The notes under the pieces were generated by a model. That model saw only the letters and a list, made by a program, of their open reading frames with translations, was not told where the DNA came from and made no database searches. This document shows positions 1-7,172 of a stretch of 64,000 bases of DNA, in pieces. The DNA lies in the IMG/VR virus record IMGVR_UViG_3300012931_000759, positions 62,001 through 126,000 of that record, one strand, 5' to 3'. Position 1 is the stretch's first letter. Each line of letters begins with the position of its first letter. Position numbers and translations under genes: made by a program.

Positions 1-175
1 GAAAAACATACCTATGGAGAATCAACTGAAGAGCGCGAACGAATTGATAGAGTGAACAGAGAAGCAGAAAAGATTAACGAAGAACGCGAAAACCTGAATC
101 GCGAAGATCGTTTCAATAATGGCTACCATTGGCCAGACTTAGATTAAAAATGTAAGAAGCAGAAAACAAAACGGT

Positions 176-246
176 CGCGCGATAGCTCAATTGGTAGAGC
201 AAGCCCTTGACCGGGCGGGATCCGGGTTTCGAGGCTCGGTCGCGCA
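176..246 (+). pseudogene. degenerate tRNA-like element upstream of the Ubl operon
   Basis: GCGCGA/TCGCGC acceptor-like stem, canonical D arm TAGCTCAATTGGTAGAGC, GCCC/GGGC stem with 6-nt loop TTGACC, T-arm-like CCGGG-TTTCGAGG-CTCGG; loop sizes non-canonical. Confidence 0.55.
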
Positions 247-260
247 CTAGGAGAAAGACA

Positions 261-1241
261 ATGGGTTGGCAGGACCTGCTCGCATCGGACGACGACAAGA
301 AGACGCTTCCGTGGACGGGCGGCAGGCAGATCCACGATAGGGAGCGCACCTGGACGATCGAGGGGAGGCTCCCGGACGAGCACGGCTGGTACTCGTTCCG
401 CGTGTCTGGCGGTCGCAAGGCCGAGCTGGAGGGTCCTATGGACCCCGATTCCGATTTCGAGAACGGCCACAAGCTCGCCAAGGGGTACCTGGTGGGAGAC
501 CGGCTGATCCAGGACGACGCGAGGGTCGATCCCGACCCGGTCAGGCTGGTCGACCAGACGACGCCCGTGTTTCTGGTGGAGCCGGGTCTAGATCGGTTCG
601 TGAGGGCGGTGGTAGCTAGGACAAGAGGCGGTCTAGTGTATATCAGACAGGAGTTCCCGCAGGGTTCCGAGGCGGCCGTTCAGATGGCCTACCAGGACCG
701 CAAGGACTCGGTGGTACACGTGGCCGGGGTCACCCCGGCGCTCGACTTGGCGTTCCGCTGGCTCTCCGGCCAGAGGCTGGCGGCCGAGGAGCGCGAACGC
801 GAGATGGCGCGTATCAGGGCCGAGGAGGAGCGCAAGTGGGCGGAAGCTGAGCGATTTAAGCAGGCGATGAAGGATTCTGGAACCGGAGCAGGCAGAAGGG
901 CGCTGGCACAGCGCGATTTCAACACAGCTGCCAAGGCGGCTTTGAAACTCACTGGAGCGGAATTACTGGATGCTAGACCGTCATACAACCGACGTGAAAT
1001 GGTAGTTCAGTATCGGTTTCAGAACAGGCGACTTGAGTGTGTGGTTGATAAAGACACACTACGCGTGGTTGACTCTGGTATCTGTTTGACCGACCACCAC
1101 ACTGGCGTGAAAGGTGATATGCGTTTTACGCTTGAATCGCTTCCCACCGTTGTTGGTCAGGCGATACGGGAAAACAAACTTGTGGTGTACCGGCATGTTG
1201 ACGGAGATCGGGATTATGCCGACGACAATTGGGACGATTGA
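261..1241 (+). CDS. putative E2-like/conjugation-associated protein (central coiled coil, C-terminal DSGICL Cys motif)
   Basis: AGGAG RBS before ATG 261; VVDSGICLTD resembles the E2 G-x-ICL catalytic Cys context; first gene of the JAB-Ubl-E1 cluster; function inferred. Confidence 0.45.
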   Translation: MGWQDLLASDDDKKTLPWTGGRQIHDRERTWTIEGRLPDEHGWYSFRVSGGRKAELEGPMDPDSDFENGHKLAKGYLVGDRLIQDDARVDPDPVRLVDQTTPVFLVEPGLDRFVRAVVARTRGGLVYIRQEFPQGSEAAVQMAYQDRKDSVVHVAGVTPALDLAFRWLSGQRLAAEEREREMARIRAEEERKWAEAERFKQAMKDSGTGAGRRALAQRDFNTAAKAALKLTGAELLDARPSYNRREMVVQYRFQNRRLECVVDKDTLRVVDSGICLTDHHTGVKGDMRFTLESLPTVVGQAIRENKLVVYRHVDGDRDYADDNWDD

Positions 1242-2050
1242 TGTCATTTGTGCGAAAAACTGCCGCCAGAAACAGGCGCACCAATCATATGGTGACGGCG
1301 TTTGGGCGGACTCAATGTATTGCCGCCTGGGTCGAAGAGAGCGGTTTGCCTTATCATACTGTCCGTGTTCGTTTGAAACTAGGCTGGAATACGGAAGATG
1401 CGGTATCATTGCCCGTTGGTGCCAACAGGTTTGGACGCACTGTAATTTTGCCTCTTACTTTTGCGGATCTGGTGTCGGATCCAACAGTATTGAAACAATT
1501 TAGGGCCAGAGAACGAGTACCGCTGTTATGTTCAACTTGTGGGATACCTTTCGATAAGTTGAGAGAAGCGCTGACACCCAGTGATCTGAAGAGAAGCGGC
1601 GTTTTCTGTTCCCGTAGTTGTGCAGGTAAGTTCGGTCGGCAGTCACAACTAGAAACAGTGGACTCGGTCGTTGGTCGACATTGTATTAATTGTGGCATTT
1701 GGAAACCTCTTATTAAATTTGGTGAGAGCCGAGTATGCTATACATGTCGCAACAGCATGCCGAAGGTTCGATATCACGAATATATAAGGCACGATAAACA
1801 TGGTTTTGGTTTAACATTTGATGAATTTATGAAATTCTGGCAACAGCCTTGTTGGTATTGTGGTTGTTCGATTACAACCATTGGCATCGATCGTATAGAT
1901 AATGCCCAAGGCCATGTGATGGGAAACTGTGTTTCCTGCTGTGCTCGATGTAACCGTATGAAAAGTAAATTCTCTCAGGAGGATTTTTTAGATCAATGTC
2001 GTCGCATTGTGGCGCAACATTCAAACACGGAGAATATACGTGATGCTTGA
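1241..2050 (+). CDS. HNH homing endonuclease with Zn-finger motifs
   Basis: CWYCG..IGIDRIDN..GH..GNCVSCCARCNRMK HNH signature; several CxxC; visibly lower GC than neighbours. Confidence 0.85.
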   Translation: MSFVRKTAARNRRTNHMVTAFGRTQCIAAWVEESGLPYHTVRVRLKLGWNTEDAVSLPVGANRFGRTVILPLTFADLVSDPTVLKQFRARERVPLLCSTCGIPFDKLREALTPSDLKRSGVFCSRSCAGKFGRQSQLETVDSVVGRHCINCGIWKPLIKFGESRVCYTCRNSMPKVRYHEYIRHDKHGFGLTFDEFMKFWQQPCWYCGCSITTIGIDRIDNAQGHVMGNCVSCCARCNRMKSKFSQEDFLDQCRRIVAQHSNTENIRDA

Positions 2051-2417
2051 AACGGCATTTGTTTTTACATGTGACGGATCGGTGTTGTATTGGCATTGTC
2101 CAATCGGACGCACTGGCGGTGCTTTGCCAGATTCCCGCAATCTTTGGGACATCCTTTGGGAGAACAGGGAACGGTTGGGTGGTATTGCTCACACACATCC
2201 TTGGTTTGGCGAACCTGTTCCCTCTGGAACAGATGTGACGACATTTGCCGCTGTTGAAGCGGGGCTGGGAAAACGGCTGGTGTGGCCAATCGTGACCATG
2301 AACCAGGTGAAAACATTTATGTGGGTGGGACCCGGCAAGCACGATTATCGGGCGGTTCCTTTCCTCAAAAGCGATGACATCTTTGACCTTCGAAGACTGT
2401 CGGAAAAAGGAGAATGA
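2043..2417 (+). CDS. JAB/MPN+ (Mov34) metalloisopeptidase
   Basis: N-terminal Glu (MLE) and JAMM motif AHTHP..PSGTD (HxH-x7-S-x2-D). Confidence 0.85.
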   Translation: MLETAFVFTCDGSVLYWHCPIGRTGGALPDSRNLWDILWENRERLGGIAHTHPWFGEPVPSGTDVTTFAAVEAGLGKRLVWPIVTMNQVKTFMWVGPGKHDYRAVPFLKSDDIFDLRRLSEKGE

Positions 2418-2683
2418 CAATGGACGAGATCCAGGCTGGAATGGCGAGACTGAACATCACATGGCAAGGTAGCAATGGCGATCTACAAGACCCTGTGGCC
2501 TACGACTCTACCGATGTCGCTATCAAGCAGATGGCTGTCGAGGCGGTTCGCACTGGGTATGTTGCTGGTATTCAGGCTGATCCGAATGTCGATTTCACGG
2601 ACTTTGTGGTGGATCGGTTTGCGGCTACTGCCGAATTGCCCAACCGATTGTTTTTGAGAAGTAAGACGCCATTCGGGGCGTAG
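2414..2683 (+). CDS. small ubiquitin-like protein, C-terminus KTPFG-A
   Basis: 89 aa between JAB and ThiF; last strand (LFLR) followed by a tail with a penultimate Gly; RBS AAGGAG; fold inferred. Confidence 0.65.
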   Translation: MTMDEIQAGMARLNITWQGSNGDLQDPVAYDSTDVAIKQMAVEAVRTGYVAGIQADPNVDFTDFVVDRFAATAELPNRLFLRSKTPFGA

Positions 2684-2694
2684 GACGAAGCGGA

Positions 2695-2722
2695 ACCCGA
2701 GGGGCAAATAAGTCCCTCGGGT
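2695..2722 (+). promoter_or_regulatory. 10-bp intergenic hairpin without U-tract
   Basis: ACCCGAGGGG-caaataag-TCCCTCGGGT between Ubl and E1. Confidence 0.6.
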
Positions 2723-2739
2723 CGCTGAAAGGCTGAACG

Positions 2740-3321
2740 ATGGAAAAGACAGTCGTGATCGTTGGCGTTGGCGCGCTCGGCTCCCATGTGGTGCTTCTGG
2801 CGCGCAACTGGAAAAACCCCTTGCGTATTGCGGATTTCGACAGAATCGAGACCAAAAATATCCAGTCTCAGTTCCATAGCAAGATGGGACTCGGCAAAAA
2901 CAAAGCGCAGGCGCTCCAGCAAGCCCTACAAGGGCTGTTTGGAGTCAAGGTTGAGGCGATCTCGCACAAGTTGGCGGACGATAACGCCGAGAATTTACTC
3001 AAGTCGGCAACTCTTGTGATCGACTGTACGGATAACATTGCCGCTAGGCGCGTTATTCAGAAGTATGTCAGGAAGCACGACATCCCATGTCTCCACGGGG
3101 CGCTTTCGGCCGATGGGGCTTTCGGGCGCGTCGTCTGGGACGAGCACTTCACCGCCGACGAGGAGGGCAAGGAGGGGCAGGCGACCTGCGAGGACGGCGA
3201 GCAGCTCCCGATGTTTGCGCTCGCGGCGGCCCAGGTGGCGGTCGTCGCCCAGCGGTTCCTGAAGGATGGCACCAGGCAGAGTTTCCAAGTGATGCCTGTG
3301 GGCATAGTGAGGCTGGCATGA
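2740..3321 (+). CDS. ThiF/MoeB/E1-family adenylyltransferase
   Basis: VIVGVGALGS, DFDRIETKN, GKNKA, DCTDN..AR motifs; candidate catalytic Cys in ATCED; no CxxC Zn site. Confidence 0.92.
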   Translation: MEKTVVIVGVGALGSHVVLLARNWKNPLRIADFDRIETKNIQSQFHSKMGLGKNKAQALQQALQGLFGVKVEAISHKLADDNAENLLKSATLVIDCTDNIAARRVIQKYVRKHDIPCLHGALSADGAFGRVVWDEHFTADEEGKEGQATCEDGEQLPMFALAAAQVAVVAQRFLKDGTRQSFQVMPVGIVRLA

Positions 3322-3539
3322 AGATCTTCTACGAGACCCTGCGTGAGTGCCTCGATTCATACCATTGGCCGCAGGAACTGTACGACGAGTTGTGCGATTG
3401 GCTGGAGCGGCACCACTACGCGTCGGACAGGGCCGAACTGGTTCTGAGGCTGGTGCGCGGCATCAAGGACGAGGATGGGAAGGCCTTCGGCGCATTGGCC
3501 AAGGAACTCGAGCAGCTTCTCCATGCCCCCGTGGCATGA
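3318..3539 (+). CDS. hypothetical protein
   Basis: ATG overlaps E1 stop (ATGA); 73 aa. Confidence 0.55.
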   Translation: MKIFYETLRECLDSYHWPQELYDELCDWLERHHYASDRAELVLRLVRGIKDEDGKAFGALAKELEQLLHAPVA

Positions 3540-3640
3540 GGCCTCGCCGCCGGGCTGAAAGGGGCGGACAGAACGAAGGCGGTCCCCGCCAGCCGCCGGA
3601 ACCATGTCCGCCGCGCGCATGGGAAAACAAGCGCGGCTTC

Positions 3641-3714
3641 GCTCCCATCGTCCAGGGGCAGGACGCCGGTCTTTCAAGCCGGAAACGCGGGTTCAATTCC
3701 CGCTGGGAGCACCA
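3641..3714 (+). tRNA. tRNA-Glu(TTC)
   Basis: complete cloverleaf, loop CT-TTC-AA, encoded CCA. Confidence 0.95.
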
Positions 3715-4315
3715 ACAAACCATGGTCGAGTTCCCAATGGTGGTTGCGGCAGAGTCCGATTAGGTTGTCGGGACTGTTTACTGTAACTACGAGGGTGCTC
3801 ATCGGGAAACTCGTGATCGGTTTGATGTGGCAGCATTCTACATGTGTGGAGTAACCGCAGGTAGCGCATCGTTTGAGTTTCCCAAGACTCTTGGCCACAT
3901 TGCGGGCATGTTCCCCCACAATGGATTTGTAGGAGTTGCGCGAACCGCTTGCTGTTGCGACATCCGCCAAGGTGGCATGACCGATCTTTATGAATCGGTC
4001 TTTGCGGCAGTTGTCACAGAATTTCCTTCTCAACGGAATCGATGTTCCGCAGACGGTACAGGCGTTGGTCCGTTCTTTCTTGGGTTTCTCTGCGTTGATG
4101 TACGAGGATGAACAGGATCGACTACAGAATCTGTCGTTTTTCGTGTCTCGTCCACAATTTAGGCACTTGATGGTTGGTTTGTCGCGTGCTGCTCGGAAAC
4201 ACGCCACCGAACAAAAGAGACGCTTGATGCCGCGTTTCATGTTTTTTGCGTACCAGCATTGGGGTCGCGTGAATTCATGGTGGCAATGGTCGCAGATCAA
4301 GGTAACATCGCTCAC
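3674..4315 (-). CDS. HNH endonuclease with Zn fingers
   Basis: AAGGAG RBS with GTG start; CATCG..ECCHIKPI..NLIGLCRNHH. Confidence 0.85.
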   Translation of the reverse strand: MSDVTLICDHCHHEFTRPQCWYAKNMKRGIKRLFCSVACFRAARDKPTIKCLNCGRDTKNDRFCSRSCSSSYINAEKPKKERTNACTVCGTSIPLRRKFCDNCRKDRFIKIGHATLADVATASGSRNSYKSIVGEHARNVAKSLGKLKRCATCGYSTHVECCHIKPITSFPMSTLVVTVNSPDNLIGLCRNHHWELDHGLLVLPAGIEPAFPA

Positions 4316-4329
4316 GGATTATCTCCTTT

Positions 4330-4405
4330 AGGCCCATAGCTCATCAGGAAGAGCGCCTGTCTTACAAGCAGGAGGTGGTCGGTTCGAGTCCGACTGGGCC
4401 TACCA
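4330..4405 (+). tRNA. tRNA-Val(TAC)
   Basis: complete cloverleaf, CT-TAC-AA loop, encoded CCA. Confidence 0.95.
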
Positions 4406-4467
4406 CTAATGGAAAAAGATTGATAGAAGGGCGGATTCCATTTCCGCTTCGCCCATGGAGGAACAAG

Positions 4468-4659
4468 ATGTTCGGAGAACCGGAGGATGTCGAGGGCGAA
4501 TGCAACGCCCGCCTGTACATAGCCGACAATTTCGGGGACAACCACGCCACGATGCGGTGCCAGCTTTCCAAGGGCCATGATGGATCGCACCAGGAGGTGT
4601 TCCATCGCGACGGCGGCGAGGTGCGCGTGACCTGGGAAGGCGACGAACGCGAAGACTAG
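4468..4659 (+). CDS. hypothetical protein
   Basis: GGAGG RBS, 63 aa, fills the gap between tRNAs. Confidence 0.6.
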   Translation: MFGEPEDVEGECNARLYIADNFGDNHATMRCQLSKGHDGSHQEVFHRDGGEVRVTWEGDERED

Positions 4660-4748
4660 CCCCCGTAGCTCAATGGTGGAGCGACAGCCTTATAAGCTGG
4701 GAGCGTCTGATAAACGCAAGGTTGCAGGTTCGACTCCTGCCGGGGGCA
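4659..4748 (+). tRNA. tRNA with TAT (Ile) anticodon and long variable arm
   Basis: GCCCCCG/CGGGGGC acceptor, CT-TAT-AA loop, V-arm GCGT-CTGATAA-ACGC, T arm GCAGG-TTCGACT-CCTGC. Confidence 0.88.
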
Positions 4749-4764
4749 CGAGAGGCGGAAAAAA

Positions 4765-5487
4765 ATGGGAAGCACCATCTTCAGCCTGTGGATAGGCAGG
4801 AGGCTGTCGCTCCTCGAGCGGCTCTGCGCCAAGTCGTTCCTGGCCAATGGACACGACCTGGAGGTCTACGCGTATGGCCCGATCGAGGGAATGCCGGACG
4901 GCGTCAGCATTCTCCCGGCGGCAGACATCCTGCCGGAGAGCCTGATTGGGAGCTACACCTTGCGCGACGGCGAGTTCATGGGCATGGTGTCGCCGTTCTC
5001 CGATCTGTTCCGGCTCAAGGCTCTCCTGGAGCGCGGCGGCACATGGGTGGACCTGGACATCGTCTGCCTTGCCCCGTTCGACTTCCCCGGAACGCACACG
5101 CTCTCGTCCGAGCGCCAGAAGGACGGCCGCACCAAGGTCACCAACTCGGTGATGAGGACTCCCGCCGGGGACGCCTTCGTGGCGAAGTTCCTGGAACGGG
5201 CGATGCGGATCGATCCGCAAACCATCTGGCACCAGGAGCTTGGTTCGAACCTGATCCCGCCGCTTCTGGAGGCCTTCGCTTTGGAGGGGAGCGTCGAGTC
5301 GCCGAACAGGTTCTGCCCGATTGACTGGTGGGAATGGTCGAGGCCGCTCACCGAGCGGTTCGAGTTGCCGTCCGCGGCGCGCGGCCTTCACCTGTGGAAC
5401 TCCTTCTGGGTCGCCAACGGGGCCGACAAGGATCAGCTGTATCCCGAGACGACCCTGTACGGCACACTCCAGAGGAGGTACCTGTGA
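4765..5487 (+). CDS. GT32-like (DXD) glycosyltransferase
   Basis: SLWIG..LS.LE.LC.KSF, FSDLFRL..L..GGTWVDLD, HLWNS. Confidence 0.85.
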   Translation: MGSTIFSLWIGRRLSLLERLCAKSFLANGHDLEVYAYGPIEGMPDGVSILPAADILPESLIGSYTLRDGEFMGMVSPFSDLFRLKALLERGGTWVDLDIVCLAPFDFPGTHTLSSERQKDGRTKVTNSVMRTPAGDAFVAKFLERAMRIDPQTIWHQELGSNLIPPLLEAFALEGSVESPNRFCPIDWWEWSRPLTERFELPSAARGLHLWNSFWVANGADKDQLYPETTLYGTLQRRYL

Positions 5488-6251
5488 GGCGCATCGTCCT
5501 GTTCCGGTTCCATGAGAGGTTCGATGTCTGCCGTGATCGGATCGCGCTGATCAGGAGGCTGAATCCTGGCGTGCCGGTGTACGGGCTCTACGGCGGCAAG
5601 GAAGGCTTCGAGAACGAGTTGACCGACCTGATCCCGGTGTACGCGCCGTCCCTCTCCAACCAGTTCACCCCTAGCCGGACGAGCTGGATGTGGAAGCACA
5701 ACGATCTCGGGATCAGGGCCTGGTTCGCGATGTTCGGGCGCGACCTGGAGTTCGACATGCTCCATGTGATCGAATGGGACCTGCTGATCCTGGAGCCTCT
5801 GGAGAAGGCCTTCGCGGCCGTGCGCGGGGACGAAGTCGGGTTGACAGGCCTGAGGCCGCTTTCGGCCGCTCCTCCGAGCTGGCCGTGGATGAGGACCGAG
5901 CCCCCTGTCAGCGAATGGAAAGGCCTGCTGGCCGCCGTGAGGGCCGAGTTCGGGTACAGCCAGACCCCGCTCGCCTGCCAAGGGCCGGGGATGTGCTTTC
6001 CGAAGGCGTTCCTGGAGCGGTATACGGACGCTCATGTGCTCCAGCTCTGCCACGAGGAGTTGCGACTCCCGCTGTACGCGCAATGTTTCGGATTCAGAGT
6101 GGTGGACACCGGGATCACCAGGGATTGGGTGACTCCGTTCTTCAACTGCCAGAAGCGCGGAGTCCATCGCCGGACGGTGGACGGGGAACTGGCCAAGCCG
6201 GATGGGTGCCGCGTGTTCCATCCGTTTTTCGAGGTGTTTGGGGGACCATGA
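5484..6251 (+). CDS. putative glycosyltransferase-like protein
   Basis: GTG overlapping upstream stop; IEWDLL (ExD-like) and C-terminal FHP; adjacent to GT32. Confidence 0.5.
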   Translation: MRRIVLFRFHERFDVCRDRIALIRRLNPGVPVYGLYGGKEGFENELTDLIPVYAPSLSNQFTPSRTSWMWKHNDLGIRAWFAMFGRDLEFDMLHVIEWDLLILEPLEKAFAAVRGDEVGLTGLRPLSAAPPSWPWMRTEPPVSEWKGLLAAVRAEFGYSQTPLACQGPGMCFPKAFLERYTDAHVLQLCHEELRLPLYAQCFGFRVVDTGITRDWVTPFFNCQKRGVHRRTVDGELAKPDGCRVFHPFFEVFGGP

Positions 6252-6769
6252 ACATCTTCGCTGTCGATCCCGATCCCATTGTCTCGGCAAAGTCGCTGGT
6301 CGACAGGCACGTCGTCAAGATGATCCTGGAGTCGGTCCAGCTGATGTGCGTCGCGCACGCGGTCCATGGGCCGGTTCCCGAAGGCGTTTGGGACAGCCTC
6401 GGATGGCGGCACCACCCGTGCGCCAAGTGGACTGCGGCTTCTCTGTCCAACTACCGATGGCTGCTCGCGCACGCGGAAGGCCTGTGCGCCGAGTACCGGC
6501 ACCGGTACGGCAGGACGCACAAGCTGGAATCGGACGGGATGCTGGAAAGGCTGGCCGCAGCACCGCCGATATCGGATATCGGCCCGACGCCGTTCGCCGA
6601 GGCCACCGGAGACATCCACGATGGCGAGCCGGTGGCGACCTACAGGCGGTACTACATCGAGCACAAGAGTCACCTGATGGTCTGGACGCGGCGAGAGCCC
6701 CCGGACTGGATCAGGGCGGCCATGGCCGTCTCCAGGCAGGGGGACAGGTGGCTGGCCAAGCGGAGATGA
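6248..6769 (+). CDS. pyrimidine-dimer DNA glycosylase/endonuclease V-like family protein
   Basis: MNIF..D.DP..A..HVVKMILES.Q, HHPC.KW..S.NYRWL, EY..RYG..HK. Confidence 0.75.
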   Translation: MNIFAVDPDPIVSAKSLVDRHVVKMILESVQLMCVAHAVHGPVPEGVWDSLGWRHHPCAKWTAASLSNYRWLLAHAEGLCAEYRHRYGRTHKLESDGMLERLAAAPPISDIGPTPFAEATGDIHDGEPVATYRRYYIEHKSHLMVWTRREPPDWIRAAMAVSRQGDRWLAKRR

Positions 6770-6770
6770 C

Positions 6771-7172
6771 ATGGACAAGGAACTCGACAAGCAGCTGTGC
6801 CTGGAATGCCCGAACCTGTACGCCGACCGGAACCTCTCCATCATGCAGACGTGTATGGCGTGGGGGTTCGACTGCATGGACGGGTGGTTCCCCATCATCC
6901 GCGACCTGTCGCTGAAGCTGGAGGCGATCATCGCCGCGATGCCGGAAGGTGAGCGCGGGGGATACAAAGCCGCCCAGGTCAAGGAGAAGTTCGGCACGCT
7001 GCGGTTCTACATGACCGCCGAGACCGACGAGATGGAGCGGCTCATCGGCGAGGCCGAGAGCGCTAGCGCCAGGACCTGCGAGTACTGCGGGCAGCCGGGA
7101 AAGCTGCGGACCAAGGGCTGGTTGTTCACCCTGTGCGACAAGTGTGACGAGGAGCGGCCATGGCGGAAGTGA
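6771..7172 (+). CDS. conserved phage protein (QVKEKFGTLRFY family)
   Basis: GWF..I, QVKEKFGTLRFY, TCEYCG..TLCDKC. Confidence 0.7.
   Translation: MDKELDKQLCLECPNLYADRNLSIMQTCMAWGFDCMDGWFPIIRDLSLKLEAIIAAMPEGERGGYKAAQVKEKFGTLRFYMTAETDEMERLIGEAESASARTCEYCGQPGKLRTKGWLFTLCDKCDEERPWRK

Noticed and set aside
2414-3321. Ordinary ThiS/ThiF or MoaD/MoeB cofactor biosynthesis genes
   Set aside because: No GG terminus, no CxxC Zn site in E1, and no thiG, moaE or cysM neighbours; a sulfur-relay role is kept only as an alternative hypothesis
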